Assembly: GCA_964508635.1 (NCBI GenBank)
Contig: CAZDUL010000146.1
Location: forward strand, 1 to 60,378
Length of the DNA: 60,378 nucleotides
Reading direction: 5' to 3'
Origin: an uncultured Bosea sp.
GTDB taxonomy: Bacteria > Pseudomonadota > Alphaproteobacteria > Rhizobiales > Beijerinckiaceae
Below are positions 10,173 to 20,000 of this stretch, in pieces; the stretch's first letter is position 1; each line of letters opens with the position of its first letter. A program made the position numbers and the translations under genes. The notes beneath the pieces were generated by a model that ran no database searches, was not told the DNA's origin, and saw nothing but the letters and a program-made list of their open reading frames with translations.

Positions 10173-11261
10173 ATGCAACGTCGCCAGTTTCTGAAGGGGG
10201 CCGCCATTGCCGGCGCCGCTTCGACGATCGCCATGCCCGCGATCGCCCAGTCGCAGCCGTCAATCCGGTGGCGTCTGACCTCGGGCTTCCCGAAGTCGCT
10301 CGACACGATCTACGGCGCGTCGGAGACCATCGCCCGCTACGTGCGCGAAATGACCGACGGTCGCTTCGAGATTCAGGCCTTCGGCGCTGGCGAGATCGTC
10401 GGCGGCCTGCAGTCGGTCGATGCGGTCTCGGCCGGAACGGTCGAGATGGCCAACACGGCGGTCTACTACAACTGGGGCAAGGATCCGGCCTTCGGTCTGG
10501 CGACGGCCGTGCCGTTCCTGATGTCCAAGCGCGCCCAGGATGCATGGATGCTCGATGGCGGCGGCGAGAAGCTGCTCAACGAATTCCTCGCCAAGCACAA
10601 CATCATCGCCTTCGAGGGCGGCAACACGGGCTGCCAGATGGGCGGCTGGTGGCGCAAGGAAATCCGCAGCCTGGAGGATCTCAAGGGCGTCAAGATGCGC
10701 ATCGGCGGCTCGGGCGGCGCGGTCATCGCCCGTCTCGGCGTCGTGGCGCAGCAGATCGCGGGCGGCGACATCTACCCGGCGCTCGAGCGTGGCACGATCG
10801 ATGCGGCCGAATGGGTCGGCGCCTACGATGACGAGAAGCTCGGCTTCAACCGGGTCGCGCGCTTCTTCTACTATCCGGGCTGGTGGGAGGGCGGCGCCGT
10901 GCTGCACACCTGCGTCAACCTGGCCAAGTGGAATGAACTGCCGAAGTCCTACCAGGCCATCCTGCGTGGCGCATCGGCCTTTGCCAACACCGAGATGACG
11001 GCCAAGTACGACGCCCGCAACCCGGCCGCGCTGAAGCGCCTGATCTCGCAGGGCACGCAGCTTCGCGCCTTCCCGCAGGATGTTCTGGACGCGGCCTTCC
11101 GCGAGGCCAATGCGCTCTACGCGGAGATCTCCGCGCGCAACGCCGACTTCAAGAAGATCTTCGATTCGGCAGTAGCGTTCCGGAACGACTTCTATCTCTA
11201 CAATCAGATCGCGGACTTCTCCTTCGACTCGTTCATGATCCGCGCCCGCGCGCGCGGCTGA
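10173..11261 (+). CDS. dctP: TRAP transporter substrate-binding protein (TakP-like, 2-oxoacid/monocarboxylate), Tat signal
   Basis: MQRRQFLKGAA twin-arginine signal; GNTGCQMGGW, KMRIGG, DAAEWVGAYDDEKLG, YYPGWWEG; GGAGG RBS. Confidence 0.92.
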   Translation: MQRRQFLKGAAIAGAASTIAMPAIAQSQPSIRWRLTSGFPKSLDTIYGASETIARYVREMTDGRFEIQAFGAGEIVGGLQSVDAVSAGTVEMANTAVYYNWGKDPAFGLATAVPFLMSKRAQDAWMLDGGGEKLLNEFLAKHNIIAFEGGNTGCQMGGWWRKEIRSLEDLKGVKMRIGGSGGAVIARLGVVAQQIAGGDIYPALERGTIDAAEWVGAYDDEKLGFNRVARFFYYPGWWEGGAVLHTCVNLAKWNELPKSYQAILRGASAFANTEMTAKYDARNPAALKRLISQGTQLRAFPQDVLDAAFREANALYAEISARNADFKKIFDSAVAFRNDFYLYNQIADFSFDSFMIRARARG

Positions 11262-11284
11262 ACGGGCTCTGTCCTGATCAACCG

Positions 11285-11320
11285 CAGCCGCCGCGCCGCG
11301 AAGGTGCGGCGGTTGTCTTT
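11285..11320 (+). terminator. Intercistronic stem-loop after dctP
   Basis: CAGCCGCCGCGCC-GCGAA-GGTGCGGCGGTTG followed by TCTTT. Confidence 0.55.
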
Positions 11321-11448
11321 CAGGGGCGCCTGCCATGTCGGGCTGCGCGCGCGGCATGGACATCCGTGGCGCCGCGGTTGCCACCGCCGGGGAGACGTCC
11401 TAACCGGACAGTGGCATCCTGAACCGCTCACATCGAGGGATAAGCGAC

Positions 11449-12063
11449 ATGGGTGGCCTGCTCGCCGTTTCGCGAACGATTGATGCCGTCAACACCTTCC
11501 TGGGAAGGTCTGCGGCATGGCTCGTGCTCGTCGCGGTCCTGATCTCCGCCGGGAACGCAACCTCGCGCAAGCTGTTCAACATGTCCTCGAACGCATGGCT
11601 CGAGTTGCAGTGGTATTTGTTCGGCGTCGTCTTCATGCTCGGCGCTGCGTGGACGATGAAGCTCAACGAGCATGTGCGCGTCGATGTGGTGTCGTCGCGG
11701 CTGAGCAAGAAGTTGCGCGACCGCATCGAGATTTTCGGGCTTCTGGCCTTCTTCTTCCCCTTCGTGCTGATCCACGTCTACGAGTCGATCCCGTTCTTCC
11801 TGACCTCCTGGCGCACGCAGGAATGGTCGACCAATGCGGGCGGCCTGATCATCTGGCCTGCCAAGTTCATGGTTCTGTTCGGCTTCATCATGCTGTCGCT
11901 GCAGGGCGTGTCGCAGCTGATCAAGCGCATCGCCATCATCCGCGGCGATCTGGACGAGGTCGACGAGATGAAGGAAGCCGCCCACGCGCCGCCTGTGACC
12001 CACGAACTCGAGATGAATCCGGAGCAACCGGACCCGATTTCGCCCGGGGACCCGAAGCGCTGA
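11449..12063 (+). CDS. dctQ: TRAP small permease
   Basis: 4 TM helices; SNAWLELQWYLF, HVRVD. Confidence 0.92.
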   Translation: MGGLLAVSRTIDAVNTFLGRSAAWLVLVAVLISAGNATSRKLFNMSSNAWLELQWYLFGVVFMLGAAWTMKLNEHVRVDVVSSRLSKKLRDRIEIFGLLAFFFPFVLIHVYESIPFFLTSWRTQEWSTNAGGLIIWPAKFMVLFGFIMLSLQGVSQLIKRIAIIRGDLDEVDEMKEAAHAPPVTHELEMNPEQPDPISPGDPKR

Positions 12064-12121
12064 AGGCTCGCGCTCCAGACGGCCGCCCCCGCCCCCGCTT
12101 CGTGACCGACGACACCACGCC

Positions 12122-13774
12122 ATGCTCGATTTCTTCATCCACTATCTTGCGCCGATCATGTTCGGCTCGCTCGTGCTGTTCCTGCTGCTGGGCTATCCGG
12201 TCGCGTTCACGCTGTCGGCTGTCGGCATCATCTTCGGCTTCATCGGCATCGAGCTTGGCCTGTTCACGCCGAATTTCCTGCAGGCCTTGCCGGAACGGGT
12301 CTTCGGAATCATGTCGAACGAGACGCTGCTCGCGATCCCGTTCTTCACCTTCATGGGCCTTGTCCTCGAGCGCTCGCGCATGGCGGAGGACCTGCTGGAC
12401 ACGATCGGGCAACTCTTCGGGCCGGTTCGCGGCGGTCTTGCCTACGCGGTGATCTTCGTTGGCGCACTGATGGCCGCAACGACCGGCGTCGTCGCTGCGG
12501 CGGTGATCTCGATGGGCCTGATCTCGCTGCCGATCATGATGCGCTACGGTTACGACCACCGGCTGGCGACCGGCGTGATCATGGCGTCCGGAACGCTGGC
12601 GCAGATCATCCCGCCATCGCTGGTGCTGATCGTGCTCGCCGACGTGCTCGGCAAGTCGGTGGGCGATTTCTACACCGGCGCAATCATCCCGGGCCTCCTG
12701 CTGACGGCGTGCTACGGGCTTTATGTCTTCGTGCTGACGCTCATCAAGCCGCACTACGGACCACCGCTGCCGCCGGAAGCGATGACGCTCGGCAAGGGCG
12801 TGATGTCGTTGCTGGTGATGATCGCGCTGTCGGTGGCGGTCGGCGTCGGCGCCACCATGCTGTTCGCGCCGCGGGTCGAACAGGCGCCCGAGGTCTACGG
12901 GGCTTCGGTCGCGGTGCTGTTCGCGCTGCTGGTTGCCCTGGCGAACAGCAGGTTCAACCTGAACATCCTGTCCTATCTCGCGACCCGCGTGATCATGGTG
13001 CTCGTGCCGCCGCTGGCGCTCATCTTCCTGGTGCTCGGCACGATCTTCATCGGCCTCGCCACGCCGACCGAGGGTGGCGCGATGGGCGCTGTCGGCGCGC
13101 TCGTGCTTGCCTGGATGAACGGGCGTCTCACCTTCACGCTAACCCGGCAGGCTTGCGAAAGCACGCTGAAGCTGTCGGCCTTCGTGATCTTCATCCTGAT
13201 CGGCGCGCGGGTGTTCGCCCTGACCTTCTACGGCATCAACGGCCACATCTGGGTGAAGGAGCTGATGCTGTCGCTGCCGGGCGGCGCGGTGGGCTTCCTC
13301 GCGTTCACCAACATCGTGGTCTTCCTGCTCGGGATGTTCATCGACTTCTTCGAGATCGCCTTCATCCTGATGCCCTTGCTCGTCGCGCCGGCGCAAGCGC
13401 TCGGCATCGACATCGTCTGGTTCGGCATCCTGATGGCGATGAACATGCAGACGTCGTTCCTGACCCCGCCATTCGGCTTCGCGCTGTTCTATCTGCGATC
13501 GGTCGCGCCGCGTCTGGCCTACACGGACAAGGTGACCAACAGGCGCATCGAGGGTATCGAGACGATCACGCTGTATCGCGCCGTGATCCCGTTCATCCTG
13601 ATCCAGATCTTCATGGTCTTGGCGGTATACCTGCTGCCGGGCATGGTGACACACTACAAGGATGCCGTTCATGAGATCGATCCGGCCGAGGTGCAGCGCA
13701 AGCTGGACAACCTGACCGTCCCCGGTCTTGACTTGCCCAACATCTCGCTGCCGCCGCCGCCGACGCTGCAGTAA
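12122..13774 (+). CDS. dctM: TRAP large permease
   Basis: LLAIPFF, ASGTLAQIIPPS, ATPTEGGA, FLTPPFGFALFYL. Confidence 0.94.
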   Translation: MLDFFIHYLAPIMFGSLVLFLLLGYPVAFTLSAVGIIFGFIGIELGLFTPNFLQALPERVFGIMSNETLLAIPFFTFMGLVLERSRMAEDLLDTIGQLFGPVRGGLAYAVIFVGALMAATTGVVAAAVISMGLISLPIMMRYGYDHRLATGVIMASGTLAQIIPPSLVLIVLADVLGKSVGDFYTGAIIPGLLLTACYGLYVFVLTLIKPHYGPPLPPEAMTLGKGVMSLLVMIALSVAVGVGATMLFAPRVEQAPEVYGASVAVLFALLVALANSRFNLNILSYLATRVIMVLVPPLALIFLVLGTIFIGLATPTEGGAMGAVGALVLAWMNGRLTFTLTRQACESTLKLSAFVIFILIGARVFALTFYGINGHIWVKELMLSLPGGAVGFLAFTNIVVFLLGMFIDFFEIAFILMPLLVAPAQALGIDIVWFGILMAMNMQTSFLTPPFGFALFYLRSVAPRLAYTDKVTNRRIEGIETITLYRAVIPFILIQIFMVLAVYLLPGMVTHYKDAVHEIDPAEVQRKLDNLTVPGLDLPNISLPPPPTLQ

Positions 13775-13799
13775 ACAACCCGGGGTCGCATGCGAGCGA

Positions 13800-13825
13800 C
13801 AAGGGCGGCCTCAAGGGCCGCCTTG
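13800..13825. terminator. Hairpin between convergent dctM and GST genes
   Basis: CAAGGGCGGCC-TCAAG-GGCCGCCTTG inverted repeat. Confidence 0.55.
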
Positions 13826-13849
13826 CCTGTTCCCCGGAACCGGGCTTCG

Positions 13850-14470
13850 TCAGGTCATCGGCACAGCGGTGAAGGCGCGCGCCGCCGGTCGCTCCGCCAC
13901 CCGGCCGAGCCAGGCTTCGACGGCCGGTCGGGCTTCTCGAGGCAGCGGCATGTTGAACCAGCGGTGCACGAGCGGTGCCAGGGCGATCTCGCCCATGCCG
14001 AACATGTCGCCCGCCAGCCATGTCCTGCCGGACAGATGTGCGTCGAGGATCGACAGCGCCCTTTCCGTGGCTTGCCGCGAGGCTTCGATTGCGCCATCGT
14101 TGCGTCGCTCCGGAGGGGTTCGGATCAGGCCCCGGAAGGCGTCGGAATAGGCCGGCACGAACACGGTCGAGGCCCAGTCCATCCAGCGGTCGCCCAGCGA
14201 GCGCTCGGCCGGATCGGTCGGCCACAGGCCGCCCTCGTCGTATCGCGCGGCAAGATAGCGGATGATGGCGTTGCTTTCCCACACGATCGCGCCATCATCC
14301 TCGATGACCGGAACAAGGCCATTGGGGTTGCGCGCCCGGAATGCCGGCGTGTCGACGCCCCCGAAGGCCATGCCTGCATCGTGACGGACATAGGGGAGCC
14401 CAAGCTCCTCCGCGCAGTAGACGACCTTCTGCACGTTCACCGAATTGATCCGCCCCCAGATGGTCAGCAT
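13850..14470 (-). CDS. Glutathione S-transferase family protein (GstB-like)
   Basis: MLTIWGRINSVNVQKV, NPNGLVP, WESNAIIRYL, DRWMDW. Confidence 0.92.
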   Translation of the reverse strand: MLTIWGRINSVNVQKVVYCAEELGLPYVRHDAGMAFGGVDTPAFRARNPNGLVPVIEDDGAIVWESNAIIRYLAARYDEGGLWPTDPAERSLGDRWMDWASTVFVPAYSDAFRGLIRTPPERRNDGAIEASRQATERALSILDAHLSGRTWLAGDMFGMGEIALAPLVHRWFNMPLPREARPAVEAWLGRVAERPAARAFTAVPMT

Positions 14471-14575
14471 GTGCACATGTCCTGGCTTGCTCGGAATTGT
14501 GGCCGACCGTTCTAGACGCGGCGGCACGGATGCGCCAAGGCCACCCTGGTCAACGGCGAGCCAGCCACGCGGGGG

Positions 14576-15382
14576 ATGATGTTCTTCCATATCTCAAAAC
14601 TGATCTGGTTCATCGTCCAGCCCACCAACGGCCTGCTGCTGCTGGCGGCGGCGGGCGTAGGCCTGCAGTTCATCGGACGGCTGCGGCTTGGCCGGTGGCT
14701 CGCCGCGTTCGGGGTCGCCGGGCTGCTGGCGGGCGGGTTCCTTCCCCTCGGCATGTTGCTGCTGAGGCCGCTCGAGGACCGTTTCCCGCAACCTGTCCTC
14801 CCCGGGCGGATCGATGGCCTCATCGTCCTCGGCGGCGCGATCGGTTCGACCCGGGGCCTCACCAGCCTGAACGACAGCGCGGCCCGCATGACGGAGGCGC
14901 TGGCCCTGTCCCGCCGATTTCCGGATGCGAGGCTCGCCTTCAGCGGCGGCGACGCCAGCTTGCTGATGGCCGACGACATGACCGAGGCCGAAGCGGCCGA
15001 GCGCTTTCTCCTGTCGCTTGGCCTTGCGCGCGAACGGCTGATCCTGGAGGGGCAGTCCCGCAACACGCGCGAAAACGCCGTGCTGCTAAAGCCGCTGCTG
15101 CCAGCAACGCAAGGGCAGACCTGGTTGCTCGTCACGTCGGCCTGGCACATGCCGCGCAGCGTCGGCGTGTTTCGCAAGGCCGGTTACGACATCGTGCCCT
15201 TTCCGGTCGACTTCGCCACCGAAGGCGATGCCCGCGACGTGCTGCGCCTGAACCGCAGCTTCTCCTACGGGCTCGGCCTGCTCGACCTCGCCTTCAAGGA
15301 ATGGATCGGCCTGATCGCCTATCGCCTTGCCGGTTATACGGATTCGCTGCTGCCGGGTCCCGAGGCAGCACCCAGCCGATAG
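14576..15382 (+). CDS. YdcF/ElyC family (DUF218) membrane protein
   Basis: Two N-terminal TM helices; IVLGG, SGG, EGQSRNTRENA, LVTSAWHMPRS, KEWIG. Confidence 0.9.
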   Translation: MMFFHISKLIWFIVQPTNGLLLLAAAGVGLQFIGRLRLGRWLAAFGVAGLLAGGFLPLGMLLLRPLEDRFPQPVLPGRIDGLIVLGGAIGSTRGLTSLNDSAARMTEALALSRRFPDARLAFSGGDASLLMADDMTEAEAAERFLLSLGLARERLILEGQSRNTRENAVLLKPLLPATQGQTWLLVTSAWHMPRSVGVFRKAGYDIVPFPVDFATEGDARDVLRLNRSFSYGLGLLDLAFKEWIGLIAYRLAGYTDSLLPGPEAAPSR

Positions 15383-15615
15383 ACGCCGCGAAAGTCGTCC
15401 GGATCGACCGGACGGCCCTTGCGCAGGATCGCCAGCCGGCCCTGCTTCGCCAACCGCACGGCCGCAGCCCGAACCGGCTTCATCAACCCGCTCCATTGTT
15501 CGGGCCTGTCGCCGCCGAGCGCGCGGGCCGCTTCCGACGGGCAGATGGTCTTTCCGGCGCCACGGGCGGCCACCATCGCCAGAATGGTTCGCTCGATTTC
15601 GTCGGCATCGGGCAT
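15334..15615 (-). CDS. DUF3253 domain protein
   Basis: KTICPSEAARAL ... VRAAA ... RKG ... FRGVYRL. 3' end overlaps the YdcF gene by 49 nt; alternative start at 15627. Confidence 0.8.
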   Translation of the reverse strand: MPDADEIERTILAMVAARGAGKTICPSEAARALGGDRPEQWSGLMKPVRAAAVRLAKQGRLAILRKGRPVDPDDFRGVYRLGAASGPGSSESV

Positions 15616-15718
15616 GGGCGGCTCCATCGGCAGCTGCGGGGCGGCAACGTATCGGCGCGCGTTGACCTTGGTGCGAGCGGGTGGCTATCTCGGCCATGAG
15701 CGAACAGCGGAGACTCTT

Positions 15719-16129
15719 ATGCCCCAGACCATCGCAAAGGGCTACAAGGCGCTGCTGGAAGAGGCGAATGCCGCGGTGGAGACGTTGAGCGTCGAGGATG
15801 CCGCGGCCCTGCACGGCCGCGACGATGTGGTTTTCGTCGACCTGCGCGATCCGCGCGAACTCGAGCGGGAGGGCCGCCTGCCCGGCGCATTCCACTGCCC
15901 GCGTGGAATGCTGGAGTTCTGGATCGATCCGGAAAGCCCCTATGCCAAGCCGGTTTTCCAGCAGGACAAGCGGTTCGTGTTTTTCTGCGCCGGCGGTTGG
16001 CGCTCGGCGCTGGCGGCGAAGACCGCGCAGGAGATGGGCCTGAAACCCGTCGCGCACATCCAGGGTGGCTTCGGCGCTTGGAAGGCGGCTGGCAAACCGG
16101 TGGACATGCCCGCCATCTGGCAGAGCTGA
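15719..16129 (+). CDS. Rhodanese-like domain protein
   Basis: VDLRDPRE, PRGMLEFWID, active-site loop FCAGGWRS, GGFGAW; GGAG RBS. Confidence 0.92.
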   Translation: MPQTIAKGYKALLEEANAAVETLSVEDAAALHGRDDVVFVDLRDPRELEREGRLPGAFHCPRGMLEFWIDPESPYAKPVFQQDKRFVFFCAGGWRSALAAKTAQEMGLKPVAHIQGGFGAWKAAGKPVDMPAIWQS

Positions 16130-16141
16130 CCGGCCCGGACC

Positions 16142-16321
16142 ATGACGTGGATTCTCACGCTTGCCGCCTTGGGCCTGTGGCTCTTTCGCAGGCCGATCCT
16201 GGCGCGCCTTGTCCCTTTTCTGCCGGATCGGCGGACCCGTCACAGGGTGCTGGGAACCATCATCGCCGCCTTCGTCATCACCGCCGCGGCGCGGCTGGTC
16301 ATTCGCTACTGGGGCGGCTGA
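16142..16321 (+). CDS. Small (59 aa) putative 2-TM membrane protein, not in the ORF track
   Basis: My translation: MTWILTLAALGLWLFRRPILARLVPFLPDRRTRHRVLGTIIAAFVITAAARLVIRYWGG*. ATG lies 12 nt after the rhodanese stop; codons are GC3-rich. Confidence 0.6.
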   Translation: MTWILTLAALGLWLFRRPILARLVPFLPDRRTRHRVLGTIIAAFVITAAARLVIRYWGG

Positions 16322-16670
16322 GCCGCCGGGCGACGGCTTCGGGAATCGCGAGCCGAGCGCACATGCGCTGCCCAAGCCGATTCTGTTGGATGGCTCGCCA
16401 CGATTCGGCCATCGTCATGCCGCGTTGCACCCATCATTGATGCGCGCTCCACTTGTCGATTCAAGCGCTTGCAGCCCATAGCCTCGCGCTGTCCTTGAGC
16501 GCGGCGAGCCCAGGCGTCATCAACCATCGCGCAGCGACCCGCGACGCTGCAGAAGCAGACTTTCCAGCGGGCTTCCAACATGATGGAATCAAGGCGCGGT
16601 TGATGATTCCCGTTGCCATTCAGGCGCTTGCGACTGAACTGCTCACGTTATCCCCGCCATTCACATCGGC

Positions 16671-16718
16671 ACACAACATCTGGTGTCGCCGCTCGCCGCC
16701 CGCCACAACAGCTTGACG
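16671..16718 (+). promoter_or_regulatory. Tandem NrdR boxes; box 2 overlaps a TTGACG -35 element
   Basis: ACACAACATCTGGTGT (16671-16686) and CCACAACAGCTTGACG (16703-16718), 32 bp apart, match the NrdR consensus acaCwAtATaTwGtgt upstream of an RNR gene. Confidence 0.85.
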
Positions 16719-17040
16719 CCCCAAAGCCTTTCCGACAGTCTTGCCCGGCATCGCAAGACGTGCTGCGGCCATCGCTGGGTCCGCGCTCGCCGACCGGTCC
16801 CGAACCTTCCCGGGCGCAACCGTCACGGTGGCGGTCAGCGCGGGCTGGTTGAGGGTTAGGGCAGGGTCGAGCCGGAAGCTCTCCCTCGGCGACAGCCGTG
16901 ACGCAGCCATGCGAGCCGTAACGACAGTGGCGCGCCGGAACCAACCGGGCGCCATGGGGCATCATTCAGGGCTGACATCGGGCCGCGGGAACAACCTGGC
17001 GGAACAGGCGCTTTTGCGCCGCAAGAAAGGACGTTTCACG

Positions 17041-20000
17041 ATGAAGATCGCGCGCCGCTACACCAAGGCCGGCCAGTCTCCCTATGCCGGCATCGCCTTC
17101 CGCGAGACGGTGAGCGAGATCCGCAATCCGGACGGCTCGATCGTGTTCAGGCTGGAGGGCATCGAGGTGCCCGAGAGCTGGAGCCAGGTGGCCTCGGACG
17201 TCCTCGCCCAGAAATACTTTCGCAAGGCCGGTGTGCCCGCCGTGCTGAAGCGCTTGGAGGAGAACGATGTTCCCTCCTTCCTGTGGCGTTCGGTGGCGGA
17301 TGAAGCCGCGATGGCGTCGCTCCCGGAAGACAGGCGCACGGGCTCGGAGACCTCCTCGAAGCAGGTCTTCGACCGTCTGGCTGGCTGCTGGACCTACTGG
17401 GGCTGGAAGGGCGGCTACTTCACCTGCGAGGACGACGCCTCCGCCTTCTTCGACGAGCTGCGCTTCATGCTGGCCCAGCAGATGGTCGCGCCCAATTCGC
17501 CGCAGTGGTTCAACACCGGCCTGCACTGGGCCTATGGCATCGACGGGCCGAGCCAGGGGCATTTCTATGTCGACCACAAGACCGGCAAGCTCACCCGGTC
17601 GAAGTCGTCCTACGAGCATCCCCAGCCCCATGCCTGCTTCATCCAGGGGGTCGAGGACGACCTCGTGAACGAAGGCGGCATCATGGATCTATGGGTGCGC
17701 GAGGCGCGCCTGTTCAAGTACGGCTCCGGCACCGGCTCGAACTTCTCGCGCCTGCGCGGCGAGGGCGAGAAACTCGCCGGCGGCGGCCGCTCGTCGGGCC
17801 TGATGAGCTTCCTCAAGATCGGCGATCGAGCCGCGGGCGCGATCAAGTCCGGCGGCACCACGCGCCGCGCCGCCAAGATGGTCGTGGTGGACGCCGATCA
17901 CCCCGACATCGAAGCCTATATCGACTGGAAGGTGAAGGAGGAGCAGAAGGTCGCCGCCCTCGTCACCGGCTCCAAGGTCGTGCAGAAGCACATGAAGGCC
18001 GTCATGAAGGCCTGCGTGAACTGCGACGGCCCCGGCGACGCCTGCTTCGATCCGGAGAAGAACCCTGTCCTGAAGCGGGAGATCCGGCTGGCGCGCCGCG
18101 CCATGGTGCCGGACAACTACATCAAGCGCGTCATCCAGTTCGCCAGGCAGGGCTACACCGAGATCAGCTTCGACACCTATGACACCGACTGGGATTCCGA
18201 GGCCTACGCCACCGTCGCCGGTCAGAACTCCAACAACTCCGTGTCGGTGAAGGACGACTTCCTGCGCGCCGTCGAAGCCGATGGCGACTGGACGCTGACG
18301 GCCCGCACCACCGGCAAGGTGACCAAGACGCTCAAGGCGCGAGACCTGTGGGAGAAGATCGGCTACGCCGCCTGGGCCTCGGCCGATCCGGGCCTGCACT
18401 TCAACACGACGATGAACGACTGGCACACCTGCCCGGCTTCGGGCCCGATCCGGGCCTCGAATCCGTGCTCGGAATACATGTTCCTCGACGACACCGCCTG
18501 CAATCTGGCGTCCGCCAACCTGCTGCAATTCTACGACCGCTCCAGCCGGACCTTCGACTGGGAGGGCTACGAGCATCTGTGCCGTCTGTGGACGCTCGTG
18601 CTGGAGATCTCGGTGCTGATGGCGCAATTCCCTTCGCGCGCCATCGCAGAGCTGTCCTACGAGTATCGCACCCTCGGCCTCGGTTATGCGAATATCGGCG
18701 GCCTGTTGATGACCATGGGCCTTCCCTACGACAGCGACAGGGCCGGGCGCTGTGCGGTGCGCTGACCGCGATCATGACCGGTGTGGCCTATGCCACCTCC
18801 GCGGAGATCGCCTCCGAGGTCGGCCCCTTCCCCGGCTATCGCAAGAACGCCGACCACATGCTGCGCGTGATCCGCAACCACCGCCGCGCTGCCTATGGTG
18901 AGGCCACCGGATATGAGGCCCTGGCGACGCCCCCGGTGCCGCTCGATCATGCCAACTGTCCGCAGCCCATCCTCGTCGAGCGCGCGAAACTCGCCTGGGA
19001 CCGGGCGCTGGAGCTGGGCCAGAAGCACGGCTACCGCAACGCGCAGGCCACGGTGATCGCGCCCACGGGCACGATCGGTCTCGTCATGGACTGCGACACC
19101 ACCGGCATCGAGCCCGATTTCGCGCTTGTGAAGTTCAAGAAGCTGGCCGGCGGCGGCTATTTCAAGATCATCAACCGCGCCGTGCCGGATGCGTTGCGGG
19201 CGCTCGGTTACACCGAAAGCCAGATCGCCGAAATCGAGGCCTATGCGGTGGGCCATGGTTCGATTGCGCAGGCTCCGGCGATCAACCATGCCACGCTCGC
19301 TGCCCGCGGCTTCACGCCCGAGAAGATCGAGGCGCTCGAGAAGGGCATGAAGAGCGCCTTCGACATCAAGTTCGTCTTCAACAAGTGGACGCTGGGCGAG
19401 GACTTCCTCACCCGGACGCTGAAGGTTCCGGTGGAGAAGCTGAACGACCCTTCCTTCGACCTGTTGCAGCATCTCGGCTTCTCGAAGGCCGACATCGAGG
19501 CGGCGAACATTCACGTCTGCGGGGCGATGACGCTGGAAGGCGCGCCCTTCCTGAAACCCGAGCATTACGCCGTGTTCGATTGCGCCAACCCCTGCGGACG
19601 ACTTGGGCGTCGCTATCTCTCGGTCGAAAGCCACATCCGCATGATGGCGGCGGCGCAGCCCTTCATCTCGGGTGCGATCTCCAAGACCATCAACATGCCC
19701 AACGACGCCACCGTCGAGGACTGCAAGAACGCCTACATGCTGTCGTGGCGGCTCGGGCTGAAGGCCAATGCTCTCTACCGGGATGGCTCGAAGCTGAGCC
19801 AGCCGCTCAACGCCGCGCTGATCGCCGACGATGAGGACGAGGCCGAGGAGGCCGTCGAGGCGCTCGCCGCGATGCCGGCGGCGGCCAAGGCAACGGCGAT
19901 CTCGGAGCGGATCGTCGAGCGCATCATCGAGCGCGTCGAGCGCAACCGTGAACGCGAGCGCCTGCCCGACCGGCGCAAGGGCTATACCCAGAAGGCGACC

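Noticed and set aside
15334-15382. 49-nt convergent overlap of the YdcF and DUF3253 genes
   Set aside because: Both tails are low-complexity extensions, and such overlaps are common in GC-rich genomes.
16343-16718. Possible replication origin (GANTC cluster plus DnaA-like boxes)
   Set aside because: No AT-rich unwinding element, only two weak boxes, and no hemE/dnaA context. nrdJ regulation explains it better.
16860-16910. SRP RNA or cobalamin riboswitch in the nrdJ leader
   Set aside because: It lacks the SRP CAGG-CCGGAAGG-AGCAG core and any recognisable B12-box.
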